Origin: Paraspadella gotoi
Lineage: Eukaryota > Animalia > Chaetognatha
Direction: 5' to 3'
Assembly (NCBI GenBank): GCA_051294375.1
Contig: CM119271.1
Location: 13,197,039-13,261,038, forward strand
DNA length: 64,000 bases
The notes under the pieces were generated by a model, which saw only the letters and a program-made list of their open reading frames with translations, did not search any database and was not told the origin of the DNA. The position numbers and the translations under genes are program-made. Shown piece by piece: positions 26,611 through 59,965 of the stretch (position 1 is the stretch's first letter; every line of letters begins with the position of its first letter).

Positions 26611-28786
26611 AAGAAGAAGAGAGGAGAGGGAGGGAGGGAAGAGAGAGAGAGAGAAAAAAAAAATATATAATAAAGCAAGAAACATAACGAAATGGAATGA
26701 AAATAATAAACAAAAAGTAAAAGAAAAGAATAATATAAAAGATAAAAAAATTAAGAAAAGAAAAGAAAAAAAAGAAAAGAAAAGAAAAGAAAAGAAAAGA
26801 AAAGAAAAGAAAAGAAAAGAAAAGAAAAGAAAAGAAAAGAAAAGAAAAGAAAAGAATAGAAACCCCCCCAATTTCCCTACCCCCCTCCCTCTCTTACCGA
26901 TGTAAGAGTAGATAAGTTCCTTCTGATATCTAATCCTCAAATTCCACAGCAAAGATCCTTCATTGAGATCACCCAACCGAATCAGGTCGTCAACGCCCTC
27001 TTCGCCGATTTCGCGTCGCCGGCGGAGACTCTCAGATGCACTCGACGCCTCCAGGTGGTGGGACCGGGGTTTCCCTTTTTTTGAGAGAGAGGGTGGAGGG
27101 TTGACTCTCTCTCGCTCTCTCTGGCTCTCTCTTTCTTTCTCTCCCTCTCTCTCTCTGTTTGTCTGTGTCTCTATTGCTGACCGTCTGTCTCTCTCTTCCT
27201 TTCGTTCTTTCTGGCTCTCTCCCTCTTTCTTATTTTCTTTCTCTCTCTATCTCTCTTTTCTCTTTCTTTTTTTCTCTCTCCTAATTTAATGCTCTCTCTC
27301 TCTCTCTCTCTCTCTTTCCTTATTTTTAACTGTCTCCTTCTTCACGTCTGTCGGTTTGTCTGTCAGTCCGTCTCCCCGGTCCGTCATCTCACCTCCGATC
27401 GTGACTTTAACGGACACAACTTTGCTGGAGACACGAGTTACTTCGCCAGGGATGGAGTAGCCGATTCCTGGGTCTAGCCACACCAGCGCCCCTTCCTCCA
27501 GCTCCATCAAGTCTTCGGCTGAAGAAATCGTGGGTCATACGAAAAATAAATGATAATAACAGTATAAACAAACTAATTTTCGTCAAAGTGCTTACAAAAT
27601 AAGAGAGAGGTAATTTCATTAACGGGAAATAAATTAAAGAAAAAAAAAACTGTCCACAGCTTTTTCCAACTCCCTCTAGCAGCCATGGAAAGGGTCCTTG
27701 GCTTAGAACCAGGCTTGAGGGTTTTCCACGCCCCAAAGGCGGTTTACCCCGCAGGGGAGGTACCATTGGGGATCGATTCCGGTACCTAATGGTCATGAGC
27801 TGATGGTATTACTCTATGATTGGCAGGGTGAACTTGTTGCAAGGCACGACTACTATTTAAATAAAACAAAAAACCAAATACAAACAAAGCAAAAAAAAAA
27901 AAAATAAATTATGAAATTGGTACAACCAATATAAAAATTATCCATTCATTTAATAAATAAGCTATCTTGCCCCTGACTTTGGACAGGCTTTGATGGTTTA
28001 AGGCCTCCATCACTCTTACAAGATAATGACATAGCAGGTCCCTGCAAGCTTTCAATCAAGACTCTTTCACAGTCTCGTTTATTCACTCCCAGAGTACCTG
28101 GCTTCCCTATCAATGAAGTGGATACAAAACAAAGCACTAAAACTCAAAAGAAACAAAAAAAAAGAAAAGAAAGAAAACAATATCGAACCTTCTTTTCCTC
28201 CTTTCCTTCCGGAATGGCTCGTCCACTTTCTCCTCTCCTCTTCCTCCGTCTTCCCCCGAGATCTACGAGACTCTGCTATCGTCGTCGTCGTCGTCATCGT
28301 CGTCATCGTCGTGGTCGTCCCATGTGATTTGTGAACGGACGCTGAGAAGGGAGACGTGTAGAGGAGGTGAGGTCGTCTGGTAAGTTCTGGCGCGGCAGCA
28401 GCGGCGGGCATCAAGTCGGCCGGACCGGCGACGTCGGCGCAGCTGCCGGGTGTTCCTCGGGCGCGCCGCGACGCCGGTCCCGCGTAAGAGACGCAAGGCT
28501 TCGGAACGGCGAACGTCGGCGCCACGGAGAATCGCGGCGTCGAAATCGAGGCCGCGGCGGCGTTCTCGGCGCCGTGGAGCGCGCCGGAGGAAAGAGCGCC
28601 GCAAGAAAAGACGCCGGATTTGGTGGCGCCGTCCGTTCGCGCCGAAAATTTTCTCGGGGTCAACAATGAGGAGGCGGAAGAGGAAGAGGAAGATCGGGAA
28701 GAGGAAGAGGAAAAAAGAGGAGCGGCGGCCACGCCCACTTTTCTGGATTCCACGTCGTCGTTGGGGAGACGACGGAAGACGAAAGT

Positions 28787-28817
<31 letters not shown>

Positions 28818-28819
28818 AT
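470..28819 (-). CDS. Myo81F: Unconventional myosin heavy chain, class XXII / Myo81F-like; multi-exon, N-terminus and motor domain only, continues past the left edge
   Basis: Spliced exons give [35 protein letters not shown]-loop GESGAGKT, switch [18 protein letters not shown], switch [29 protein letters not shown] and HYAG-V-Y-FLEKNRD. The N-terminal VW-DPG-G--IPGE and EV--DAEVKW-A-LL segments match Myo81F/class XXII as I recall it. Myosin identity is certain; the class is less so. Confidence 0.85.
1797..1905 (-). CDS. Myosin exon ([36 protein letters not shown])
   Basis: ATD-SFLEK and F-I-HYAG motifs; canonical splice sites. Confidence 0.95.
2347..2430 (-). CDS. Myosin exon ([28 protein letters not shown])
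   Basis: DNQ--LDLI and LDDES-FPK motifs; 84 nt; AAG|GTAAT donor. Confidence 0.95.
2436..3910 (+). repeat. Indel-rich inverted copy of 1..~1530; probable assembly artefact
   Basis: Reverse-complement match that includes the exon at 3323-3442; the junction is in a GA tract. Confidence 0.85.
4352..4712. mobile_element. Palindrome of two inverted Penelope-like terminal repeats, each with a minimal hammerhead-ribozyme motif
   Basis: 4352-~4510 is the reverse complement of ~4560-4712; the arms read GCG-CTGAAGA(AGA)CTC-TATGT-GAGTC-GAAAC then AATAAA; both arms are noisy. Confidence 0.55.
5215..5975. repeat. Tandem repeat, ~218-bp period, ~3.5 copies, built from ATGACATAAA-like subunits
   Basis: CCT(T)ATGAC...GAT-TAAC-ACAT recurs at ~5271, 5488, 5706 and 5925. 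Confidence 0.8.
6040..6194 (+). CDS. Myosin loop-2 exon (WSEQSL...[24 protein letters not shown]), indel-containing, in an inverted segment
   Basis: The phase-2 start completes TG|G (Trp) of exon 470-590; TV---F-DSL--LM--M--C-PW-IR motif; CAG|GTGGG donor. Confidence 0.75.
7281..7364 (-). CDS. Myosin relay-helix exon ([28 protein letters not shown])
   Basis: [15 protein letters not shown] motif; 84 nt; GAG|GTGAG donor. Confidence 0.95.
8420..8521 (-). CDS. Myosin switch II exon ([32 protein letters not shown])
   Basis: ILDIFGFE and [13 protein letters not shown] motifs; CAG|GT donor; the 5' edge is approximate. Confidence 0.9.
8783..9477 (+). repeat. Second copy of the same 5-unit tandem array
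   Basis: Same block at ~8783, 8917, 9066, 9180 and 9321, then the full exon at 9478. Confidence 0.9.
9478..9572 (+). CDS. Second copy of the myosin [13 protein letters not shown] exon (indel-containing)
   Basis: Same sequence as 12818-12914, followed on + by noisy copies of the next two exons (~9915-10018 and 10758-10841). Confidence 0.75.
9592..12062 (+). repeat. Indel-rich inverted copy of ~6422-8778, bounded by N gaps
   Basis: Reverse-complement match (e.g. 6430-6510 vs 11880-11975); carries frameshifted copies of two myosin exons. Confidence 0.85.
12163..12817 (+). repeat. Tandem array: 5 units of ~115-130 bp (acceptor region, 30-nt exon start, GTAGAG, (GA)n) preceding the full exon
   Basis: Conserved block ACAGTAATATCATCTTGTTTATTTACAATCAG-AGATGCGATAGCCAAAGCTCTTTACTGCCG-GTAGAG at ~12163, 12289, 12405, 12522 and 12655, then the acceptor of the full exon at ~12787. 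Confidence 0.9.
12818..12914 (+). CDS. Myosin exon [25 protein letters not shown] (indel-containing), on the opposite strand to its neighbours
   Basis: tttacaatcAG|AGATGCGATAG... phase-2 start matches exon 12972-13051; AAA|GTGAG donor. Confidence 0.8.
12972..13051 (-). CDS. Myosin exon ([27 protein letters not shown]), cardiomyopathy loop
   Basis: IDQALDAR motif; ends in phase 2 at AG|GTAAGAGAG. Confidence 0.92.
13377..13474 (-). CDS. Myosin exon ([33 protein letters not shown])
   Basis: EV--DAEVKW-A-LL motif; canonical splice sites. Confidence 0.88.
13875..14016 (-). CDS. Myosin exon encoding a Thr/Ser-rich insert ([46 protein letters not shown])
   Basis: ccccAG acceptor and G|GTCGT donor; 142 nt, bridging the phase-0 upstream exon to the phase-1 downstream exon. 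Confidence 0.75.
14388..14542 (-). CDS. Myosin exon ([52 protein letters not shown])
   Basis: LHLGNI-F motif; canonical splice sites. Confidence 0.95.
15020..15134 (-). CDS. Myosin exon ([38 protein letters not shown])
   Basis: ERNYHVFY and YLNQG motifs; G|GTGAG donor. Confidence 0.95.
15340..15462 (-). CDS. Myosin switch I exon ([41 protein letters not shown])
   Basis: NDNSSRFGK and YLLEKSR motifs; AG/GT boundaries; 123 nt. Confidence 0.95.
15590..20050. mobile_element. Non-autonomous DNA transposon (4461 bp) with ~1-kb imperfect TIRs and a 9-bp TSD, in a myosin intron
   Basis: Termini TAGGGTGTGCCAAA...TTTGGCACACCCTA; CTGCCTCCT on both sides (15581-15589 and 20051-20059); 15590-~16550 pairs with ~19050-20050; no transposase ORF. 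Confidence 0.88.
20015..24732 (-). pseudogene. Frameshifted direct copy of 24759..~28970 (six myosin 5' exons); probable assembly or haplotype artefact
   Basis: Collinear match ending at the N gap 24733-24758; differences are dominated by 1-2 nt indels. Confidence 0.75.
25142..25233 (-). CDS. Myosin exon ([31 protein letters not shown])
   Basis: P-LESFGNAK motif; canonical splice sites; phase fits both neighbours. Confidence 0.93.
25801..25927 (-). CDS. Myosin P-loop exon ([42 protein letters not shown])
   Basis: GESGAGKT Walker A motif; CAG acceptor and G|GTGAG donor. Confidence 0.95.
26356..26522 (-). CDS. Myosin exon ([17 protein letters not shown]...[22 protein letters not shown]); several 1-nt indels in this assembly
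   Basis: NPY and PHLFA motifs are recognisable across frames; CAG|GTGGG donor. The indels are probably sequencing errors. Confidence 0.8.
26898..27074 (-). CDS. Myosin exon (GKPRSHH...[34 protein letters not shown])
   Basis: AAG acceptor and G|GTAAG donor; start of the motor domain. Confidence 0.9.
27393..27518 (-). CDS. Myosin exon ([41 protein letters not shown]), SH3-like N-terminal subdomain
   Basis: ttcttcAG acceptor and G|GTGAG donor; internal ATG at 27507. Confidence 0.85.
27650..27852 (-). mobile_element. Another copy of the same SINE-like family (duplicate at ~23320-23540)
   Basis: Shares GCAGCCATGGAA..GAACCAGGCTTGAGGGTTTT-CACGCCCC-AAGGCGGTTTAC with 50360-50430. Confidence 0.65.
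27910..28115 (+). repeat. ~200-bp dispersed repeat family (other copies ~6935-7115 +, ~7690-8190 + interrupted, ~25490-25670 -, ~63760-63893 +, plus copies inside duplicated blocks)
   Basis: Shared core ATTATCCATTCATTTAATAAATAAGCTATCTTGCCCCTGACTTTGGACAGGCTT...CTTACAAGATAATGACATAGCAGGTCCCTGCAAGCTTTCAATCAAGACTC. Confidence 0.85.
28189..28819 (-). CDS. Candidate first coding exon of the myosin: ~210-aa Ser/Ala/Pro/Thr-rich N-terminal extension
   Basis: GC-rich ORF from ATG at 28819. The donor GAAG|GTTCGA at 28189/28188 is phase 1, matching the phase-1 start of the next exon (G|CC GAA GAC TTG ATG). GC content drops right after the donor. Confidence 0.5.
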
Positions 28820-29501
28820 TTCAGGGGATTTGTAGGAAGATTTATATTTTATATCAAAATAAGATGATGGTTTTGTTGTCTATGACAGAATAAAACTATC
28901 GTGACGTTTATTATTAGTACTTTGTTTAAGATCTAGCGTCTTTTTATATATTCGCATAATTGTTAAATCCATAAAATATTTTTCCTTTTGCCATTTTTTT
29001 TAGAATTCATAAATATAAACTAATTCTTTGTCGAGACAAACTTTACCAGAACCAAGACGGAATTCACAAAAGAATTCGTCAAGAAGAATTTTCCGCTCTC
29101 TTATCCTAAAGTGCCCTCTTTCTGTTTCAATTAATATAAATTAATTTTCAGATTTTTTTTTCTAAAATGTTTTTTTTGTTTGTTTTTTAGCTCTCTTTTC
29201 CTAAAGTTTTCTCTTTCTGTTCATTTTTAAAGAATTTTATTATAACCTCAATATTTAACCTAAATATATTTTTGAATTTATAAACCAATTCATAATTTTA
29301 ATTCTTAACTTTAACCTAATACTGAACTCTAACCTCTAACCTTAAATATTAATCCCTACCCTAAATCTTTAACCTAATCTAATCTTTTAATCTTTACCCT
29401 AATTTTTAATTTAAAAAAAAATTAAAATGGGTCTTTTTGGGAAAATAAGGACGAATTTTATACTGAAACCAAAAAATAGTGTGGGATTCCCCGCCTCTGA
29501 A

Positions 29502-29593
<92 letters not shown>

Positions 29594-29649
29594 GGAGGCC
29601 TCGCTCCTTTCCGACGGTTTCACGTCTTGGGGTCAACATCTAAAAGGCT

Positions 29650-29722
29650 CACCACTTCCGGGGCGAAGAAAGACGGACGCTTATTGGTCGGATAACTGAA
29701 ACGGAGTATCGTCATTGGTCGG
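29650..29722 (-). promoter_or_regulatory. Possible myosin promoter: two CCGACCAAT boxes 31 bp apart and an ETS-type CCGGAAGTG
   Basis: ATTGGTCGG at 29683 and 29714, CACTTCCGG at 29653, in a CpG-rich patch ~0.8 kb upstream of the candidate first coding exon; motif match only. Confidence 0.3.
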
Positions 29723-30633
29723 CTTGAGACGTTAAGATCATCTCTCGCCTGTTTTAATCGCTTCTTTATTTTCTAAGAATTTTTTCACACCTTTTGTTTT
29801 TTGTTTTTTTTTGTTTCGAGGTTTGACGATAGATGGAAACTCGCGAGAAAATATTTTTGATTTCTTGACACGAAACTTTGAAAAGTATTAAACATATTAT
29901 TCTATCACAAAAACTTTGGAGTCAGTGTTACGCTGTTTAACTAAGATTCTAAAAAATGAACTTTTGCTGTCTAATATCAAACGGTTGTAACTTGTACAGA
30001 CAAACTACTTCATTATCAAATTTCTAATAGAAGAGGCCATGATTTTTTTTTCTTTCAGCTAGTTATATTTTTTTTCGTCAATTTCCAAAACATGGTGAAT
30101 AAAATAAACTGCAGATAGCCTTTTCTTTGTCAAATCAAATGTGCAATACAAGTTAACAATTGAATACGGAATGCTTCATTACGGATTTGGTACTATCATT
30201 ATCAAAAGTAACAAAAAAAGTGAATTTTTATGCGTAATGTGTAAAGCTGAAACAAGACCAGCTGGTTTTTTGTTGGTTTTTTTTTTAATTAAGAATCAGG
30301 ATATTATATTTCAACTGCATAAATTTGATTGATAATATAAAAAACATCAGTATTTTCTAGAAAACGGTATCAAAAAGGCTCTAGTAACAGTTACGCTTGC
30401 CGTTCTACAAAAAAAAAAAAAAAAACTTGGCGAAATTATCTTTTGTCCTTTTTTTTTCAAAATTGAAAAAAATGCCCCTCCTGCTCCAGAGATCTAAAAG
30501 AAATCCGACCCTAGCGGCGATTCCCCCGCAAACAAATTCGATAGAATCGAAACACAATTCCAAACAATTGAGCAATCCAATTTTGGAAAACCAATCTTAA
30601 TACGGATTCCGTGTGACTGTGTGTGAGGATTGA

Positions 30634-30700
<67 letters not shown>

Positions 30701-31647
30701 AGGGAGAGAAGAGGCAGGAGAGAGAGAGAGAGAATAAAAAAAATTGAAGACCTACGATTCAAAGTGAATAAGAAAGTTGTTTTTGTTGTTATTGTTTTCG
30801 AATCGCCGCTTTGTTCTATTTTCTTTTTAAGGATTAAAAAACAAAAACAAAAACAAAAAAACAAAAAGACAATCGACTGAGGAGAAAACGACCACTCGTT
30901 TCACAATTCGTCGCCAGAGGTGCAAAAAACATTGAGTTTTTTTTTGTTTTGCTTTAACATCTAACATCTACAATTAAAATATTTTTTCATACATAAACAT
31001 TGAATAAAAAAAAAGGGAAACTCGTAATATTGAGACCCAATGTGATTGCAATTCGTACCTGTGCGCGGAATCAAGGGGGGGAGGGGATTAAGAGGATATA
31101 AATTATTATTATTATAAATTAAATGGGAGAATTCAAACATGGATGATTAAAAGAGAGAAAAAAAAATCAAAAACTTGAGATTTTCTTTTATTATAATTTT
31201 TTTTTTGCGATGGACTGAGATTTGAAATTCTAACCGTGAAAAAACATGTTTAAATTCGAAGAAGTAATTTAATTCTTGGAAGATGGATTTTTTTTTTTTG
31301 CAAAAAAAAGGCATTATGGTTTGATGATTTTTTTTTTTAAAAAAGAGATGAATAGTTACAATGTTTATTTATGATTTTATTTCGATTTTGCTGAGACGAT
31401 TAAGCTTTTTTTTTTAAGAATAATAATAATAATAATAATAATAAAAAAGAAAGATTTAAAGTTTTGTTCGGTACATAAGAAATACATTGTTAAAAAATGA
31501 ATTAAGTATGCTATAAAGAATTTTTTTTCCTGCTATTATTTACACGCACGAAAAAATAAAAGAAGAAGGAAAATTATATTAATAATAATTATAAAAAAAA
31601 ACAGAAAACTCGTTTTATTTAATATTTTCCAACTTTCCCAGTTGCTG

Positions 31648-54520
<22,873 letters not shown>

Positions 54521-54709
54521 CTGATGAGGGGGAAATGATGAGGGGGAAATGAGAGATATCATTGGAGTTTATGTCATTAGTTTTTTTATGTCACTAGTTT
54601 TATCAATGGCTTTTAATTGCATTATTTATCATTAGTTTTATCACAGGCTTTATCAACGCTATGTATCCTTTTTTTTACTCTTTCTCATTCTTTCTTTCTG
54701 TTTTTTCTA

Positions 54710-54823
<114 letters not shown>

Positions 54824-56116
54824 CTCTCTTTCTCTCTCTCTGTCTCTCATCCTCTCTCCCTCAAGTTTATGCAGCAAGCAAAATTAGAATTATGCTCAAT
54901 AAATCTTACCTAGTATTCTTTGGAGCGATGAAAAAGGAGAGAGAGAGAGAGATACCAGAGAGGAGAGAGAGAGAGAGAGAGAGAGAGAAGAGAGAAGAGA
55001 GAGAGAGAGGAGAGAGAAGAGAGAGGAGAGAGAGAGAGATGAGAGAGATGAGAGAGAGAGAGAGAGAGAACAGAGTTCATTAACCCTCATTGGCCAAGTC
55101 AGTACACAATAGCATGGAACCTTCGAGGTCAAAACATCTATGAGTCTTTAAGGTCACTCGCACTCAGAACCCATGACTCGCGTTCACAATCTCACAATCT
55201 CACAATCAGGAAACCCTCCGCCTCACAGCAAAAAAAAACCAACCGCCATATTCAATTTTCTCACCATGAAAAACTTGGCTAATTGGTCGTTCAGCCAGGG
55301 CGCGCTACGACAATCTATGAGGCAAATAACTCTCTCTCACTGGAGAGAGAGAGAGCGACGATCGTAAGGTATTTGGAGTATCAGAGCATCGGAGAGTATC
55401 GTAGCATCGGAGTATCAGAGCATCCCTGTAGTCGTTCAAGTGTAATTTTTTTAATGTGTATCCAAGTTTAAAATCCGTCGTTTATTAATAATATGTTGCT
55501 CGATCGTCAGATTTAGAAAGGAAAAAAAAATTTATATGCAAACAAACGAAAGAGAAAGAGAGAACGAGAGAGAACGAGAGAGATAGAGAGAGAGAGGAAA
55601 ACGTGAACAAATTTCGTCGTAGACAAAAATCAAAGAGGCCGCATTCTCTCTCGTTCGGGCGTCTCGCTCTCTCTATTAGAGGCAGAGAAAAAAAAAGAGA
55701 GAGAGAAACAGAGAGAGAGAGAGAGAGAGAGAGANNNNNNNNNNNNNNNNNNNNNNNNNNNNNNNNNNNNNNNNNNNNNNNNNNNNNNNNNNNNNNNNNN
55801 NNNNNNNNNNNNNNNNNNNNNNNNNNNNNNNNNNNNNNNNNNNNNNNNNNNNNNNNNNNNNNNNNNNNNNNNNNNNNNNNNNNNNNNNNNNNNNNNNNNN
55901 NNNNNNNNNNNNNNNNNNNNNNNNNNNNNNNNNNNNNNNNNNNNNNNNNNNNNNNNNNNNNNNNNNNNNNNNNNNNNNNNNNNNNNNNNNNNNGGCAGAA
56001 CCGCGAGCAGCAGCCGCCGTCCGACGCTGCAGGAGACGCGCTGCGCGATGCCGCCGCCGCCTCGGATAACGACGACGACGACGACGGCGAAGGTGGGGCT
56101 GATGGAATAGAAGGCA

Positions 56117-59100
56117 ACTAGGTAAATTTATGAGATAATTCATATTTGCTGCTGACAATAAAGTTGAGGGAGAGAGAGAGAGAGACAGAGAAAGACAAGA
56201 GAGAGAGAGAGAGAGAGGAGGAGAGAGAGAGAGGAGAGAGAGGAGAGAGAGAGAGAGACGAGAGAGAGAGAATGAAAGATAGAAAAAACAGAAAGAAGAA
56301 TGAGAAAGAGTAAAAAAGGATACATAAGGTTGATAAAGCCTGTGCATAAAACTAATGATAAATAATGCAATTAAAAGCCATTGATAAAACTAGTGACATA
56401 AAAAACTAATGACATAAGACTCCAATGATATCTCTCATTTTCCCCTCATCATTTCCCCCTCATCAGCAGCTTCGAACTCTTTGCAAAAGGACGATTCAGA
56501 CGACATCAACGGGGAGGGACGACGTCGACGTTTCGACGGAAGCGCGCTGCCGCCGACGCCGCGAGCGCCGCCGTCGAATCCGGCGTTCTCGTTTCGCCAC
56601 CATGGCGCCCCCTCAAAACCGGCGCCCCTCGCCTCTCCGTCCGATCGCCGACTCGTTTTTAGCCCAAATGGAACCGAGAACGAAACCGGGTCACGCCGCC
56701 GGGCGCCGCCCGCGCCGCCGGCGCTGCGGACGGCGCCGCTCGTCAGGGATCCGATACCCAAAGTGCAAAAAAACAAAAACCTTTTCTTTTCCTCCTCCTC
56801 TTCCCGGCCTCCGTCGCGGCCGCGAACCCTCTCTCTACGGCGCCGAAACCCCTCTACCCGCCGCCGCCGACTCCGCCAAGCCCGGCGCCGCCCGGCACGC
56901 CCTACTTCCGCCGCGGCGCCACGGGCGTCCGGTTCCGTGCCTTCCAACGATCCGCCTCTCTCCCTCCTTCACCCTTCCCCCTTCATTACGAAGGACACTC
57001 GCCAACACGCCGCGACGCCTCCGCCGCCGCCTCGCCGCCTCAAAACCCGATCGAAAAAAAGCGCCCCTGTTTAGGACTACGAGGAGATTGGCCTCCGCTC
57101 TGATAATTCGTTTCTGATTGGGCTGTGCTGTCTCGGGATTGGCCAATCGCGTCGCTCCGTAGGAGTAAAAGATTCCAGTGTCGCAGATCGAAGAACGTCG
57201 AGGTTTTGGAAAGGAGATGTTTGAAATCTACGCGAGGTTAGTGCTTGACCGTGTGTGTGTATCTGCAAAGTGGCTTCGCCGCAAAGTGTTATAATTTTTC
57301 TAAAAACCATTTCACATTGTATCAAAGGACCACTTGCTTAAAGAATACAGTTTGTACATTCAAAATGTGCTGCTGTCGTTAAATCGTTACAACAAATACA
57401 ATCACTTCTTGTCCATTGCCGTTGTTCAAATCGAGACGTTTCCCTCAATTCAAGGCCACCAGCTACTCCAGCCTTGTCCAGGCCTCTACGACGGGATGGG
57501 AGTTTCACCGCGCGACTCCAAGGGTTCAAGTGCGTTTCCATCGAGCCCCGCGCGCTTGTCCTCCAGCAAGCCGTCCCGCCGCATGGACCAACCCCAAGGA
57601 CGCGCCCAAGGGGCGGCAAGGGGCTTCAATAAGCGGATCCGCCGGACGCTGTGAAGAAGTCCAGGCTTGGCTTTGGGGAGTTGGTGCGAGCCGCGGAGGA
57701 AAGCTGGGGAGGATCATGACGATATGGTGAGAGGGGGGAGAGAGAGAGAGAGAGGAGAGAGAGGAGAGAGAGAGACGAGAGAGAGAGAGAGAGGAGAGAG
57801 AGAGATAGAATCTGGTTATTTCTTTCCTTTGAGATGACGTGATCTTGGTATTTCGCCAGAGATTAAAGATTCCAATCTACTGACGTTCATCGAACAGAAG
57901 ATGCCCCCCCTCATCCCTTATCCATTCCCCACGTCCCTTCTCGCGCGGGTCTCGCCACGTAGGATTCATTGCCAAATATTTCGCAATATAATAGGAAAAC
58001 GCGTTCTATTGTTATTCAATAAAATAACGATGAATAAAAGAGGAATAATTACAAATCAACTATATTATTAGCCATGTACCGTCGCTCGAAAAACGAAAAA
58101 GCTGCATTTTCAAACCAATAATGAAAGCTGGTTCGGTAAAAAAAAGTTTTCCAAAAAACAATATACTTTCTGCTTCATTACTAAAGCAGATCCAAACGAT
58201 TGATTATTAAATGTTTACACTTAAACATTTGGGTTTCTTTTCTACAAAACTACAAAACTGCCTTATCGAGATTATAAAATCACAACGGGTTTAAAAATGG
58301 CCGCTTTTTTTTTTCAGCGGCAGGTTTTGACAATCGTCACATGTAAACATGAGGAAAGATTTCGAAAGTAAAGATTCCTTATTCGATACATAATGTGACT
58401 ATCGTTCCTAAGGAGGAAAGAAAGAGCTTTTCTTGGTGAAGGGGTAAAATGATAGGTCGCCACAAATCGTGGAATTTTCTCCCGTTTTGTTTTTATTCGA
58501 ATTTTTAAATTTTTTTTTAAAGTTTAACATAAATTTCCTCTCTCCTTTGTTTTTCTCTCCCCTTTCCTTCCTCTCCCCGTCACCCCTCTCTTCCTCCTCA
58601 CCTCCCCCCCAACGCCTTCCTCTCCCTTCTCACCCCTCTCTTCCTCCCTCACACTCCCTCCCCCCAAACCCAGCCTACACGAAGACGAAGAACGGGACTT
58701 CATTTACTCGAAGCGAAGGAAACTCAACCGTACACGATACAACTGCCGGAGCCGCTGACTCGGCCGCCGGACGCCGCTCCTTCGGACTCCCGAACCCACC
58801 GACCCGGAATACAAAAGTCGTCAAAGTCTACGATACGAAGAGTACGAAGCGCGAGTGCTCGACGACGACGCCGGTGCTCCGCCGTGCGGCCGCCGGTTGC
58901 GGAAGGGCGGACGCGGCGAACCGGCGCGTCTCTGGCGCCAACGGGGTCCGGGCGCGCCCGCCCCCGACGAAGCCGACGCTTATTTTACCAAGCGACCAAC
59001 CTATGCAAGCCGCTTGCCTGTACACAACCAGGTCCCAGCGGGCCGACGCAATCTTTTCGGGACCCGATCGAGCTTGTCCGTGCCGGACGAGGCCGCGGCG

Positions 59101-59191
59101 GAGAAGGGTAGGTTCGAATCGGAGGAAGAGTTCGAGCCGCAGATCTGGTGAGAATCTGCCGGAAAAGCCCCGAGGGGCCGGGATCGGCAGC

Positions 59192-59228
<37 letters not shown>

Positions 59229-59726
59229 GGCGCGGCGCATCGGTCGATGTCCAGAGGCGCAACATCAAAGACGGAAGACGGAAAAGAAGGAGGATTTCTA
59301 AGAAAAGAAAAGTTTCTAAGAAAAGGAGGAGAGAATTCGGGAGAAGAAGAAACGAAGGGAAAGAGAGCGGCGAATGGACCAGAGGCGGAGGAGAAAAGGC
59401 AGGCGGGGAGAAGGAGGGAGGAAGAGGAGGAGGAAGAGAGAGGGTCGAGGGCGATCCGGAATCGGTGCCTGGGAGATTCAATGGGAATTATTGGCTCCAC
59501 GCAGGATAAATATAGAATTTTGCGGTGTGAGTACGAGGGAACGGGGGAGGGGAGAGTGAAAGGGAGAGGGAGAGAGGGGGAGAGGGATATGAGAGAGGAG
59601 AGAGAGACAGAAATTCCGGGGGGAGAGAGGAGAGAGAGAGGAGAAGAGAGAGAGGAGAGAGAGAGAGAGGAGAGAGGAGAGAGAAGAGAGAGACGAACGG
59701 AGAAAAGAAGAGAGAAGAGAGACACC

Positions 59727-59764
<38 letters not shown>

Positions 59765-59785
59765 AGAATGGATAAATGGAATGAG
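56117..59785 (+). pseudogene. Indel-rich inverted copy of ~51180-54915 (three alpha2/delta 5' exons); probable artefact
   Basis: Reverse-complement match close to the N gap 55735-55993. Confidence 0.8.
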
Positions 59786-59806
59786 AGAGAGAGAAATACA
59801 ACGTAC

Positions 59807-59965
59807 CGTGGCAGAACCGGACGAGCAGCAGCCGCCGTCCGACCGCTGCAGGACGACGCGCTGCGGCGATGCCCGCCGCCGCCTCGGATCAAACGACGAC
59901 GACGAACGACGGGCGAAGTGGGGCTGAAGGCATAAGAAGGCAAAGAAAAAAAAGGAGAGGTCCAT
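59807..59965 (-). CDS. Possible upstream exon of the alpha2/delta gene (frame uncertain)
   Basis: GC-rich island with ATG at 59965 and CG|GTACGT donor; a partial second copy lies at 55995-56117; indels prevent frame assignment. Confidence 0.3.

Noticed and set aside
30511-30880. The many poly-RE / poly-SL / poly-M ORFs in the ORF track (example here)
   Set aside because: They are translations of (GA)n, (TC)n, (ATC)n and (ATT)n microsatellites with no coding signal.
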